Source: Planctomycetota bacterium
Lineage (GTDB): Bacteria > Planctomycetota > GCA-002687715 > CAIWVZ01
DNA length: 64,000 nucleotides
Reading direction: 5' to 3'
NCBI GenBank assembly: GCA_044222185.1
Contig: JBGANV010000002.1
Span: 160,001-224,000 of the forward strand
Under the pieces are notes generated by a model, which was not told where the DNA came from, did not search any database, and worked only from the letters and a program-made list of their open reading frames with translations. The translations under genes were made by a program, and so were the position numbers. Of this stretch, positions 18,061-28,729 are shown piece by piece (the stretch's first letter is position 1; the number at the start of each line of letters is the position of its first letter).

Positions 18061-21000
18061 ATGGTCACCCGCGTCGATCAAATTCGGGTCTTTCTCAGCT
18101 CACGCATGGCCGGGCTCAAGGACCTCAGGGCGACGTTGAAGCGATCGCTGGAACGTCAGGGACTCGACGTGTTCGTCTACGAAGTCGACGCCGGAGCGCG
18201 ACCCGACGACCCGGAATCGGCGTCGCTGACGGAGGTCGAGCGCGCCGACATCGTCGTCCTCGTCCTCGAGCACTCCTACGGCGAGATCACGGAGCGGGAG
18301 TACGACCACGCGCGAAAGCACGACAAACCCTGTCTCGTCTACACGCGTCTCGACGGTCCCGTCGACCCCAACCAGAGACGCTTCCTCGACAAGCTGTCCG
18401 GTGCACGCGGCGCGCCGAGTCGGGAGAGATTCACCGACGCGCCCGAACTCGCGGACAAGGTTGCACGCGACACCCAGTCGTGGCTCGTGCGGGAGTTCCG
18501 CCGCCTGTCCGCGGCCGTGATAGACCCAGCGAGTCCTCCGCGCCAGGCTGCGCAGTTCCACGTCCTCATGGAGCGGCTCCAGACCGCGTCGTCCATGGGA
18601 CTTCAAACTGGCAGCGCCGCCGACCTGCTCGCGTGGCAGCTGCGGCTGTGGTTCGATGCTCTGGGTTATCCACTAGACGGTGAGACGTCAGCGAACGGAG
18701 CGTACGTCGACTTCCTCGTCCGCCTACCGGAACGTCGACGTCAGTTTCGAACCGTGCTCGTCCGGGCCAAGGATTCGGAGGTTCGTGCGCCCGACGTGGA
18801 AGAGGCCGTGCAACTCTTGGAACACAAGCGGGCGGAGCTGCGCCTGGACGAGTGTTGGCTCGTCGGTCCGCGCCGCGTTTCGCCGGCGGCCCGAGAGGCT
18901 GCGCGACCGGGCCGCCACGTCGACGTCTTCACGCTCGACGAGATCATCGAGGAGGATGTCGACTTCACGCCCTATTTCGAGTGGCTGGATGCCGAGGCTC
19001 GAAGGACCAAGATCGACGAATCGTACGTACCGCTTGCGGCCACGGTGACGGAGTTCGCCGCCGACGGCAAGTCGGCCGGAAAGAGCCGCTACACGGACGT
19101 CGGCGTGTACGTGGATCGGTGGCTCGACGATCCATCGGGTGAACACGTCAGCCTTCTCGGCGAGTTCGGGACCGGCAAGTCCTGGTTCTCCTTGGAATAC
19201 GCCGTCGGGCTATCGAGGAAATATCGGGCCGCGCAATCGGCCGGAGCGACGCGTCCGCGGATCCCGCTGCTCGTCCGGCTGCGCGACTACTCCCGAGGGT
19301 TCAAAGACGTCGCGTCGCTACTCACGGACGTCGTCTTCCGCGAGCATCAGATCAACATCCCGACGTACTCCGCTTTGGAAGTGCTGAACCGGCTTGGACG
19401 CCTGTTGTTCATCTTCGACGGATTCGACGAGATGGCGGCCCGCGTGGATCGCCAGAAGATGACGGACAACTTCTGGGCGATGGCAGCAGTCCTCAGTCCG
19501 GGCGCGAAGGCGATCCTCACGTGTCGCACGGAGTACTTCCAGTTCGCACAGCAAGCGCGCGACATCCTCGAAGGGCGACTACGCGGCAGCAAGATGCGCG
19601 ACGTCGCCGACACGTCTCGGTTCCAGGTCGCTGAACTCGAGATGTTCGACGACGCGCGACTCCGGAAGGTCCTGGCGAAGAAGGCATCGCCATCCCAGGT
19701 CGACGCCGTCATGGCGAACAAGAATCTGGTCGACCTCGCCCGTCGCCCGGTCATGGTGGATTTGTTGATCGAGGCCATGCCGTCCCTCGACGCCGACCGA
19801 GCCGACATGGCGCAGGTGTACTACCAGGCCGTGAAGCTCAAGATGGAGCGTGACATCCGGCAAAGCCGAACGTTCACGTCCATGGTCGACAAGATGTTCT
19901 TCATGTGCGAGTTGTCGTGGGAGATGCTGTCCACGGACCAGATGAAGTTCCATTACAAGGCCATCCCCGAGCGCATTCGCGCCTACTTCGGCGGGCGCGT
20001 CCAGAATGCAGAGGAAGACCACTGGCACCACGACCTCCTGTCACAGACCATGCTCGTCCGTGACGACGAGGGGCATTATCGGCCCGCGCATCGTTCACTA
20101 TTGGAGTTCTTCGTCGCCTACAAGCTTTCCGCAGAGCTGGGAGCCATCCGCAACGCGTACCTGGACATCGTCCGCGCGCGCGCATCCGTCGATCCCGGGC
20201 TTCCGCCGGCCCGATATCGTTGGTCGACTTACTTCGCCGCGGAGAGTTCGAGCAAACATCCCAAGCCGGTGCTTTCGGAGTTCACGCGCGATTTCGAGGC
20301 CAGGCTCGGGGCTTCCTGGGGGCGGGCAAAGATCGATGGCGCATTGTCCGGCCTCATCTTCCTGCTCTGCGGCAAGGAGCGGCTTCACGACGCGCTGCGC
20401 GCGAGTGGAGAGGACGCCCCGGCCTCGGCGCACTACGTTGCCCGGTTGCTGAGCCTGCTTGCACAACACGGCCCGATCGGGGCGGTGTCCCTGCCCGGGG
20501 CCATCGTGAATGATGTGAGACTCGTGCGGCAGGATCTGACGAGCGCGAGCCTCGCGCGCAGCGTCTGGACGAACGGTTCGTTGGAGCGCGTGCGATTCGA
20601 CGACGCTTGCCTGGCCGAATCCCGATTCCAGAACATGAGACTGACCGACGTCACGTTCCGGAGTGCGGATCTCACGTCATGCGAGGTCGACGAAAGGTCC
20701 ACGATCGGAGCAACGATCCAGGCAGCGGCATGGTGTCGCATCGGCGAGCGGGAACTCGTCATCGCATCGTCGACCGACGGCCGGTTCGTCGCGATCGAGC
20801 CCTCGGCTGAATACGCAATCGAGTTTGCGCCGCCCTTCGATCCTCGATCGTGGGAAGCCCTGATCGAGGGCTCAGTTGCAGTGGCCGGGATCGGCGTCCT
20901 CGAATTCGGTCCGAAGGCGGTTGTCGCGGCGTCGCCTTCTGGGAGTCCCCGTTGGAGACCGACCGTGCTCCCGGCCGAGATGACCATGCTCTCGAATTCG

Positions 21001-21465
21001 TCCACCCACGGCTCCATCCACAGCCGCCCGGTCATCGTGAGCATGCAGGCATCGCAAGACCTGGTCGCGTCCGATGAGTACGTCGACGCGAGCCACCAAG
21101 GAGGTCCTGACGAGGGATTCCTGGCCGTTGCCCCCTCGGGCCGAATGCTTGCCGGCTTGAGTATCTGGGGCACGGACTCCGCGTTCCTCACACGGGGGCG
21201 CCGCAAGCGCATGCTGTTGAAGGACTGCGTTGTTTCCTACGGAATCACGGCCTCATTCAGCCCCAGCGATTCCCTGATCGCGCTCTGCGAGTCACCCCGA
21301 ACCGTCGGATTCTGGCGCACCGATACCGGTGAACTCGTCGCGACCTTTCGGATGCCACCGCTGTGCGTCGGCGCCCGCATCGACGACGCGAAGGGCATCG
21401 GGGGCGGGACGGCGCTTCGGATCGATCGGGCGCGGCGCGTTTCGGCGGATGGGGCGCCCGGCTGA
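18061..21465 (+). CDS. STAND NTPase: DUF4062 / REase-like / NACHT / pentapeptide repeats / short WD40-like tail
   Basis: RVFLSS..YGEITEREY (DUF4062); GEFGTGKS Walker A; LFIFDGFDE Walker B; HRSLLEFF; pentapeptide ASLAR..ACLAE..ADLTS. Confidence 0.8.
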   Translation: MVTRVDQIRVFLSSRMAGLKDLRATLKRSLERQGLDVFVYEVDAGARPDDPESASLTEVERADIVVLVLEHSYGEITEREYDHARKHDKPCLVYTRLDGPVDPNQRRFLDKLSGARGAPSRERFTDAPELADKVARDTQSWLVREFRRLSAAVIDPASPPRQAAQFHVLMERLQTASSMGLQTGSAADLLAWQLRLWFDALGYPLDGETSANGAYVDFLVRLPERRRQFRTVLVRAKDSEVRAPDVEEAVQLLEHKRAELRLDECWLVGPRRVSPAAREAARPGRHVDVFTLDEIIEEDVDFTPYFEWLDAEARRTKIDESYVPLAATVTEFAADGKSAGKSRYTDVGVYVDRWLDDPSGEHVSLLGEFGTGKSWFSLEYAVGLSRKYRAAQSAGATRPRIPLLVRLRDYSRGFKDVASLLTDVVFREHQINIPTYSALEVLNRLGRLLFIFDGFDEMAARVDRQKMTDNFWAMAAVLSPGAKAILTCRTEYFQFAQQARDILEGRLRGSKMRDVADTSRFQVAELEMFDDARLRKVLAKKASPSQVDAVMANKNLVDLARRPVMVDLLIEAMPSLDADRADMAQVYYQAVKLKMERDIRQSRTFTSMVDKMFFMCELSWEMLSTDQMKFHYKAIPERIRAYFGGRVQNAEEDHWHHDLLSQTMLVRDDEGHYRPAHRSLLEFFVAYKLSAELGAIRNAYLDIVRARASVDPGLPPARYRWSTYFAAESSSKHPKPVLSEFTRDFEARLGASWGRAKIDGALSGLIFLLCGKERLHDALRASGEDAPASAHYVARLLSLLAQHGPIGAVSLPGAIVNDVRLVRQDLTSASLARSVWTNGSLERVRFDDACLAESRFQNMRLTDVTFRSADLTSCEVDERSTIGATIQAAAWCRIGERELVIASSTDGRFVAIEPSAEYAIEFAPPFDPRSWEALIEGSVAVAGIGVLEFGPKAVVAASPSGSPRWRPTVLPAEMTMLSNSSTHGSIHSRPVIVSMQASQDLVASDEYVDASHQGGPDEGFLAVAPSGRMLAGLSIWGTDSAFLTRGRRKRMLLKDCVVSYGITASFSPSDSLIALCESPRTVGFWRTDTGELVATFRMPPLCVGARIDDAKGIGGGTALRIDRARRVSADGAPG

Positions 21466-21479
21466 TCGCTCGACGCGGA

Positions 21480-22880
21480 TCAGTCGCGCAGCCGGAGCGC
21501 TGCTCTACAAGCCGCGGCCTGCCGAGGGAGGCGGCGCCCGGTGATGGCGACGAGCGCGTGAAATGCGGCGTCCTCGATCACCGGGTCTCCGGATCCGAGC
21601 GCGCGCACGAGGGCCGGCAGGGCTCGCGGCGACCGCAGCATGCCGAGCGCGGATGCGACGACGCCGCGCAGGGGTGAACTGTCGTCGTCCAGCAGCGCGC
21701 CGAGTTGATCGGCGAACACGTCACGAAAGAGAGGCCTCGCGGCGACTTCGCGGACGGCGTCGAGGAGCGACGCGGTGTCCCGTGCCTTCAACGCCGCCCG
21801 CAGGTCCGGGCTCTTCGAGTCGAACCAGGCAAGTTCGTCGTCGTACCACGTCTGCCAGATGGTTGCGTCCGGATCGTAGTCCGCGCCCGAGAGGACCTTG
21901 AGCGCGGCGTGCGCTTCGTCGACCGTTGTCTTGTCGCTGCCGAGCAGGCGGATCAGATCCGGCACGGCCCGTGAATCGTGGATCTGGGCGACGAGCCTCG
22001 CGGCCGCCGCGGGCACGCGCGAGCGCGGGTTCGCACGAAGGAGGCGAGCGACGATGTCGCACTCGCTGCGTGTGACGCCGCGAAACTCCTGGCTTGGAAT
22101 GTGACTGAGGTCGAGCAGCAGCGCGCGGGCGGCGTCGGGGTCCGCGGCAGGAATGCGCGCGATGAGAAATGCGACGACGTCTGGCCCCGGCGACTCGAGC
22201 AAGGCCTGCGTCGTGAGTCGCTGCGTCTCCGGCGACAGCGCTTGCCACCCATCCTTGAGCGTCGCGAGGAAAGTCGGGTCGGAACCGCGCAAGTGGCGAA
22301 GCGTCGTGCGCAATGCGGCCTCGGCTCTCGGTGCCGCCAGCTCCGTTGGTTCGAACCCGCCGATGACGTGAAGGAAGAGCGGAGTCGCAGGCGCAACGCC
22401 GATGCGCGGGATCTCCTCGATCACCATCAGGCGCCGAGCGAATGTCGCGCCATCGCAAGATGCCGCGAGGGCTGCGAGTTGCTCCGTGGGTTGCAACGAA
22501 CGGAGAGCTCGTTTCAGAACGCGTTGCTTCTCCTTGGATTCGACCGGCGCTTCAGAGTCGTCGCCCGTTGCGCCGCCCGGCCGCCGGCCCCAGCACGCCT
22601 GCAGCAGCGCCGCAGGAGAGGAGCGTCCGAGCTCGGTGAGCGCCTGCGCCCCCTCGGTTGCGGAGACGTCGGCGGCGTCGACGATTCTCCAGATGTCCGC
22701 GAGCAGCGGTGGCGCAGGATCGCTCGGGCGGAATAGCGTGAAGGCGTCGTCTGACGGCCGCGATTCCGCCGGACCCGGTATGTCATCCGGGGTCTGGGCG
22801 CCCGTCCAATGCGTCGTCAGGGTCCCGGCGAGCGCGATCACGGCCCATGCACGAACCATCGCGCGCAAGCGTTCACTCAT
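21480..22880 (-). CDS. Exported HEAT-repeat protein
   Basis: Signal peptide; repeats such as AVPDLIRLL and VASALGMLRSPRALPALVRALG; start overlaps the end of the pilX-like gene. Confidence 0.75.
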   Translation of the reverse strand: MSERLRAMVRAWAVIALAGTLTTHWTGAQTPDDIPGPAESRPSDDAFTLFRPSDPAPPLLADIWRIVDAADVSATEGAQALTELGRSSPAALLQACWGRRPGGATGDDSEAPVESKEKQRVLKRALRSLQPTEQLAALAASCDGATFARRLMVIEEIPRIGVAPATPLFLHVIGGFEPTELAAPRAEAALRTTLRHLRGSDPTFLATLKDGWQALSPETQRLTTQALLESPGPDVVAFLIARIPAADPDAARALLLDLSHIPSQEFRGVTRSECDIVARLLRANPRSRVPAAAARLVAQIHDSRAVPDLIRLLGSDKTTVDEAHAALKVLSGADYDPDATIWQTWYDDELAWFDSKSPDLRAALKARDTASLLDAVREVAARPLFRDVFADQLGALLDDDSSPLRGVVASALGMLRSPRALPALVRALGSGDPVIEDAAFHALVAITGRRLPRQAAACRAALRLRD

Positions 22881-24261
22881 TGACCGCGGCTTCGAGCCAG
22901 GCGACGACGCCATACTTGAGGACCTGTTTCTGGGTGGGGATCCCAAGGAAGTCGATCGTCCCGTTCTTCAGCCGAAGGTCCACGTTCAACGTGAGCTTCG
23001 AGTGTTGGGTACCGAAGTCCCGATTGATGGCGACCTTGTTGGCCGCGGACATGGTGCCGTTCACGGTTACGCGCGCCGAGCCCGTCGCATTGAGGTTGTT
23101 GTCGTAGAAGTTGTTCTCGGCGTACATGAACGCATTCATCGCTTCGAGGGTTCCGAACGTGGGATCCCCGAAGTAGATGTTGCCGCTGTCGGGAACCGCG
23201 CTGTCCTTCAGCGCGATGAGCGCCAGACCATCGGTCGCCGGATGGTTGTAGTAGATGTTGTCCGAGACGTAGATGTTCCCGCGCACGACGATCGTGGGTT
23301 GGACGGATGCGCCGCCGGGTCCACGGATCTTGAACGAGTACGTCTGGTAATTGTGGATCCAGAGATTGCCGTCGATGTAGTAGAGCGACTTCCCGGCCGT
23401 CGGGAACGTCACCGTGAATGCATCGCTGCCGTCCATCGCGGCATCGAGTCGCACGGTTTCATAGGGACTCTCGAGGAAGTAGTCCGCCTTGGTCGTCGTG
23501 GCATTGGTCGTGGCGCGATCACTGCAATCGCGACGGAACATGCTCGCCGGATTGGTTTGAGGGAGCTGCCAGCCCGTGCCGCCAGCGTCGTCGGAATGAC
23601 GGGTGGCGCTCTGAAACTGCTGGGCAACGTTGACCGTCGCGATCGATGGATAGTTGATGGCACTGAAATCGGGCACCGGCTGGTGAACCCCTTCCTCGCC
23701 CACCATCCCGAACACATCGCCCGTCGCGCGCGCCGTGCCGACGATGGACGAATTGCCGTTGACCTGGATGTTCCCGCCGCTGTAGACGTCGCCATGAACC
23801 TGGTCGGCCTGGACGCCAAGGCCACCGAACTTCAGCGAGTAGGTCGGATCTCCGTCCGCGTTTCCTGCGAACAGCGCGTGGTGGAAGACGTGCCCCGTCA
23901 CGGAGACGAGCGCCTTCACGGCTCTCACCTTCCCGTTGTAGGCCGCGCGCGCGGTGACCGTGTAGGTGTTGTTGCCCCCGTCGACGGCCGTGACCCAGTA
24001 GGCGCCTCCCCCGAAACTCACGGGGCTTTGTTCGGTGCCGACGTTTCCGTCGCCGCCGTTCGAGAGCTCGAGCACCGCGTCCTGAACACCCGATTCGGCG
24101 ATGTACTGCCGAAACAGGTTCTGCCGCGCCGTCGACTGCTCCTCCGTAGTCGAGACCACGGAGGAGACCATGGTGACGCCGAACACGAGGAGGGACACCG
24201 CCAAGATCAGGCAGGTGACGAGCGTCGCGCCGCGCTCGCTGGAGGGTTGCATCCTGGCCAT
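22873..24261 (-). CDS. PilX-like minor pilin/pseudopilin
   Basis: ERGATLVTCLILAV prepilin-like leader lacking Glu5; YIAESGVQDAV. Confidence 0.75.
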   Translation of the reverse strand: MARMQPSSERGATLVTCLILAVSLLVFGVTMVSSVVSTTEEQSTARQNLFRQYIAESGVQDAVLELSNGGDGNVGTEQSPVSFGGGAYWVTAVDGGNNTYTVTARAAYNGKVRAVKALVSVTGHVFHHALFAGNADGDPTYSLKFGGLGVQADQVHGDVYSGGNIQVNGNSSIVGTARATGDVFGMVGEEGVHQPVPDFSAINYPSIATVNVAQQFQSATRHSDDAGGTGWQLPQTNPASMFRRDCSDRATTNATTTKADYFLESPYETVRLDAAMDGSDAFTVTFPTAGKSLYYIDGNLWIHNYQTYSFKIRGPGGASVQPTIVVRGNIYVSDNIYYNHPATDGLALIALKDSAVPDSGNIYFGDPTFGTLEAMNAFMYAENNFYDNNLNATGSARVTVNGTMSAANKVAINRDFGTQHSKLTLNVDLRLKNGTIDFLGIPTQKQVLKYGVVAWLEAAVNE

Positions 24262-24264
24262 GGG

Positions 24265-24924
24265 TTAGTTCCTCAGGGAGATCGAGGTCTCGGCGAGGCG
24301 GGAGATCACGCGCCCCCCGGCGCTCGTCGCCTGTACCGTCACGGACACCGTGATGACGCTCCCATCCATGGCGAATGCCAACCCGGGCTCGTCGATCAGA
24401 CCGTTCCCGTTGTCGTCGATGCCGTTGGCCGATTCGCCTCTCGCCAGCTCGGCGACGCCTCGAACGACGACATCGGTCCATTGGTCCGGACTTCCGACGT
24501 TCCGCACGAGCTGAATCTGGCGCTCGTCGATGAGCCCGTCGCCATCGTTGTCTTGACCGTCATCGGTCTCCGTCGGCTCGATGACCAGCTCGAGGCGACG
24601 CAAGTTCCCATAGGTCGCGCCTGACGCGTCGAATCCGTCGGCTCGGCGATACGTGATCGAGGAACTCCCGAGAGGCGCCAGCGGAACGGGCGTCAGGGTC
24701 GAGGCGCCCGCCATCGTGAGTTCCTGCGAGACGGACTCGAGCGCCCGCGCGGCCCTCTGTTGGAGGTGCGAGAACGACACCGTCGCTTGCGCCGTGTTTC
24801 CCGACGCGACGGTGACCACGAGGATGGCCCCCACGACGGTGCTGCCCAAGGCTACGGCGACGACCAGCTCCACGAGGGTGAACCCCCGTCGCTCGTCTCG
24901 TGATCCGACCGCGCATGGTCTCAT
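24265..24924 (-). CDS. Prepilin-type N-terminal cleavage/methylation protein (PilW-like)
   Basis: RRGFTLVELVVAVAL; ATGA overlap with upstream gene; two DNDGDGLIDE-type Ca-binding motifs. Confidence 0.8.
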   Translation of the reverse strand: MRPCAVGSRDERRGFTLVELVVAVALGSTVVGAILVVTVASGNTAQATVSFSHLQQRAARALESVSQELTMAGASTLTPVPLAPLGSSSITYRRADGFDASGATYGNLRRLELVIEPTETDDGQDNDGDGLIDERQIQLVRNVGSPDQWTDVVVRGVAELARGESANGIDDNGNGLIDEPGLAFAMDGSVITVSVTVQATSAGGRVISRLAETSISLRN

Positions 24925-25781
24925 TGGTATCGCGAGCTCCACTGGCTTTCGCGATTGGCGGTGAGGATACGCGGCACGCTGATCTCACGCGGCCCTGCGG
25001 CGCTCTCCCACGAGACCGTGATGAGGACGGGGAGAACCTTGTAGGTCGTCGCAGGACTCGACGCGGTGATGCTCCCGTCACCGTCCAGGTCCCAGGAACG
25101 GTCACCGAGCAACGGGTGGTGAGCACTCTCGCTGAGGTTGCCGCCGCTGTCCGTCGGGAAGGCGATCGTCACCGTCATCGGGATGTCTGCCGTCTCGGCG
25201 CTCGAGCTGGACGAACTCCCGGAACCACCGCCGTTCGAGGTCGTGTTGCCGTTCGCACTCGTGTTGCCGTTCGCACTCGTGTTGCCGTTCGCACTCGTGT
25301 TGCCGTTCGAGCTGGTGTTGCCGTTCGGCGAACTGCTCGACCCGCCCCCCTGAGTGGGTCGCGAGGTGCTCCCACCACTACTGCTTTCGGCCGCCCGCCC
25401 GAGCAGACCCGCAGGGCTGAACGTTCCGCCGATCGACGTTCCGGGTCCGTCCGGATCGTCGTCAGCGAGCGTGTTGAAGCGGGCGTACACCTCCGAGAAC
25501 GGAACCGACTGGAGCGACTCGATCACTTGTCTCACGACCGCCGTCGCGGCTCCGTATTCGCGGTTCCTCGACTCCAGCGTGATGCTCGTGACCATCATGC
25601 TGAGCGTGCCAACCGCCAGAAGACTCACGACGGTCATGGCTATGACCACTTCGAGAATCGTGAAACCGCTCTCCGGCCGTGGTGAGCTCGCCGCGCAACC
25701 GACTTCGAATGACGCGAACCGCGACGAACCTCCTCGCGGCGGATCGTCGTGCGTCCATATAGGTGGGCCCCGTCGGCTCAA
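24921..25781 (-). CDS. Prepilin-type N-terminal cleavage/methylation protein (PilV-like)
   Basis: ESGFTILEVVIAM; DLDGDG; PVLITVSW; start uncertain. Confidence 0.75.
   Translation of the reverse strand: MSRRGPPIWTHDDPPRGGSSRFASFEVGCAASSPRPESGFTILEVVIAMTVVSLLAVGTLSMMVTSITLESRNREYGAATAVVRQVIESLQSVPFSEVYARFNTLADDDPDGPGTSIGGTFSPAGLLGRAAESSSGGSTSRPTQGGGSSSSPNGNTSSNGNTSANGNTSANGNTSANGNTTSNGGGSGSSSSSSAETADIPMTVTIAFPTDSGGNLSESAHHPLLGDRSWDLDGDGSITASSPATTYKVLPVLITVSWESAAGPREISVPRILTANRESQWSSRYQ
25230..25327. repeat. 18-bp coding tandem repeat, about 5.4 copies (NGNTSA)
   Basis: gccgttcgcactcgtgtt three times exact (25248-25301) with degenerate flanking copies. Confidence 0.95.
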
Positions 25782-26395
25782 ACAGCGACCTCGATCAAGC
25801 GATTGATTGCGACCGCGTGCCTTCGGAATGCAGTCGATTCGATTCTGGCGTACGTCTCATCCAAGGCGAGGCCTCCAGACGGAACCCCCTGAGGGTTATC
25901 GAGCGGTTGCCTTCAGGAACAAAACCGGCGGCGCCATGTCACTCGATCGATAACCGGCACCCGCATCTCGGTATGGCTCGAACGACACGAGGACCAGACT
26001 GTGAGCGCATGTTGTCCCGATCGCACGCGGCGGCTCCGGCCATCCGCCAAGGGTGACTCAGAGAGCCGGGATCGGTCAGTCCCCCACGCGATGGCTCCCA
26101 CGGCCCTGGACCGCCGCACGTGCCGCCAGGGGAGCCTCGCTTGACCGAACGCCACGCTTAATGCCGGTCGGACGGAGCACCGCACCGCGGCGATCGGGCG
26201 AGTACTCGTCGTGGCACCGCGCTCGTCTCCGTGCCCGTCCGGACCGACGTCACGGCCGGTTGACGCTCGGTCCGCGTCGGCGACTGGCCTGCGAGGGCGC
26301 GGCGTCGCCCATGATCGGGTCGACGAATCACCGGGCATGGCGTCGATTCGACGGTTGAATCGAAGGGCGATCGGAGGGAACACCGCTCCCGAGCC

Positions 26396-27097
26396 ATGCC
26401 TTACCCAACCCGCTTCACCGTCGCAGACGCCTTGGCCGATGTCCTCACCGTCGTCGAGTCCGTCGTAGGCGAGCGCACGCCCCAGGTCCGCGTCGCGCGA
26501 CGCAAGCTTACGGCGGCGTTGAAGGAGGCACCGGGGACCGCCGTCCTCGACATCGCCCAGGGCCTCGTCGACACGGGGCGTTGGCCGCACCTCGCGGTCG
26601 CCTACGAGCTCATCGAGAGCCACCCCGGAGCGCGCGAGTCGATCAACGCACGGCGCATCACCGCGCTCGGCAAGCACCTGCGCGACTGGTGCTCGGTCGA
26701 CACCTTCGGGACGTCGGTCACTGGCCAGGCCTGGCGCGAGGGCCGGATCACCGACTCCGTCGTCGAGCGATGGACGAAATCCGATGACCGCTGGTGGCGC
26801 CGCCTCGCACTCGTCTCGACGGTGCCATTGAACACGAAGGCTCGCGGTGGAACCGGCGATACGGCACGCACGCTCGCCATCTGCAAGCGCCTCCTCGCCG
26901 ATCGCGACGACATGGTCGAGAAGGCGCTGTCGTGGGCTCTGCGAGAACTCGCCAAGCGTGATGCACGCGCGGTCGCCCGATTCGTCGCCGACCACGAGGG
27001 CCGCCTCGCGGCGCGCGTCCGCCGCGAGGTCGACAACAAGCTGCGCACGGGGCTGAAGAGCGGCGCCACGCGCAAGCGGCGCGTCAGTAGACCGTGA
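26396..27097 (+). CDS. DNA alkylation repair protein (AlkD-like)
   Basis: DWCSVDTFG; WTKSDDRWWRRLALV; DRDDMVEKALSWALRE. Confidence 0.85.
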   Translation: MPYPTRFTVADALADVLTVVESVVGERTPQVRVARRKLTAALKEAPGTAVLDIAQGLVDTGRWPHLAVAYELIESHPGARESINARRITALGKHLRDWCSVDTFGTSVTGQAWREGRITDSVVERWTKSDDRWWRRLALVSTVPLNTKARGGTGDTARTLAICKRLLADRDDMVEKALSWALRELAKRDARAVARFVADHEGRLAARVRREVDNKLRTGLKSGATRKRRVSRP

Positions 27098-28469
27098 GCG
27101 TGTAGATCGGGAGGCCGGCCCCGAGCGGAGCAAACACGGCCGCGAGGCTCGAGAACGCGACGCTCGACGCCAGCAGATCCATGTGGATCACGCCGAAGGG
27201 AATGCCCACGAACCCTGGCGTTCCATACAGCGGTGCGAACGGAATGCCGGCGATGGCCGCACAGGTCGGCCCCGCGGGCGGCGGCCCGCCGTAGCCGTGC
27301 GCCGCGAGGCCAGGCCCGATCCCGACCTGGTCATGCATCGCGACCGTCACCGTGTTCGCGGCGCGGTCACGCGTCACGACGATCCGGCTGTCGTCCCACA
27401 ACTCGACGGTCATCGATCGCTGGTTCGCCGTACCGGCTGCCGCGCCGAAGGTCATCACGTTCTTCCAGCGGACGATGTGGCGGGTCGGCCAGAATGGGAA
27501 CGCCGGTGCGATCTCCATCGTCAGGTCGTTGACGAGCGGCGGAGGCGGCGGAACGGCCAGATCCAGGTCGGCGTGATTGGCATCGATCCGCGGGCGCGCC
27601 GTCACGGATGCCGCGGGGCATCCGAAGTCACCGCTCGTACCCGCGAGGTCGCATCCCCCACCGGTGCCAGGCCCCGGGAGGAAGTCGATGTACCCATTGG
27701 TGTCGACCTCGCAGAGCGGAGTGGGGATCCCATAGAAGGCAAACAGCGGTGGCGTCGGCATGGGTGCCTGTCCGTCGTCAGTCGGAACAGTCGCACCGCA
27801 CGGAAGCAGCGCCGGAACGAGGGTCGCCTCCGCCGGCGACGGACCGGGGAACAGACACACGCCATTGGAGAGCGCCAGCGCACCTCCCGGCAGGCACACC
27901 ACGGCCTGAAGCGTGATCGGTCCGAGCGCTGCGGCTGCGGGCGGGTATCCGACGATCACCTCGAACTTGTTCGGGAACCCCGGATCCACGGGCGGAATGA
28001 TGGGCGGCGGACCCACGAGACCGCATCCATCGACGATCGCTCCACCGATCGCTGGAAGGATCGAGATGATCGCGGGAGTCCCGGGCCCCGCGCACGGCTG
28101 CACGAACACCGGTGCAAGCGCCGCGGGGATGTTCACGGCTCCGACGGACCAGAAGATCGTCACGGGGCTGGGCGCGCCGAGCGGTAGTGGCCCGAGTGTT
28201 CCCGCGGGAACGGAGAGCGAGATCGTGACCGTCGACCCCGGAGTCGCATGAGCACGATAGGGATTGCCCGGCGCGGGGAACGGATAGCCGATCGTATTGC
28301 CTGGCGCCCCCGGCATGTCAGCCACGGCAGCGTGTGTCGACGTCAGGTTGGCAAAGACGTCGAGATGGAAGCCGCAACTGGCCGGTCCCTGCGCAATCAC
28401 GGATTGCGCGGCAAACGTCACGAGCAGGACGTACAGACGGCGCCACGGCAAGGTGGTTGGGAGCCGCAT
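27084..28469 (-). CDS. Exported Pro/Gly-rich hypothetical protein
   Basis: Signal peptide; FAFYG..VDTNGYIDF resembles a nidogen-like extracellular domain. Confidence 0.7.
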   Translation of the reverse strand: MRLPTTLPWRRLYVLLVTFAAQSVIAQGPASCGFHLDVFANLTSTHAAVADMPGAPGNTIGYPFPAPGNPYRAHATPGSTVTISLSVPAGTLGPLPLGAPSPVTIFWSVGAVNIPAALAPVFVQPCAGPGTPAIISILPAIGGAIVDGCGLVGPPPIIPPVDPGFPNKFEVIVGYPPAAAALGPITLQAVVCLPGGALALSNGVCLFPGPSPAEATLVPALLPCGATVPTDDGQAPMPTPPLFAFYGIPTPLCEVDTNGYIDFLPGPGTGGGCDLAGTSGDFGCPAASVTARPRIDANHADLDLAVPPPPPLVNDLTMEIAPAFPFWPTRHIVRWKNVMTFGAAAGTANQRSMTVELWDDSRIVVTRDRAANTVTVAMHDQVGIGPGLAAHGYGGPPPAGPTCAAIAGIPFAPLYGTPGFVGIPFGVIHMDLLASSVAFSSLAAVFAPLGAGLPIYTLTVY

Positions 28470-28729
28470 GGATTCACCCTCGTTGCAAGTCGCACGACCG
28501 TCTCGGAGGGCGGCGCGGGCGAAGTGCCCGCGGAGGGGGGATGAGACGGCTGGGCGGGAGCGTACAGACGCTCACCCACGAAGATCAAAGGAATTCGCGG
28601 CGGAGCGCGCGATCGGCACCGGAGACGCGGATGCTCACCTCGCGGATGTCGAAGCGTGGCGCGAAGTTCGCGAACGGGCGGCGGCTTCGCCGACTCGACG
28701 AGAAAGTGACCGACGACGCGCGGCGGCGA

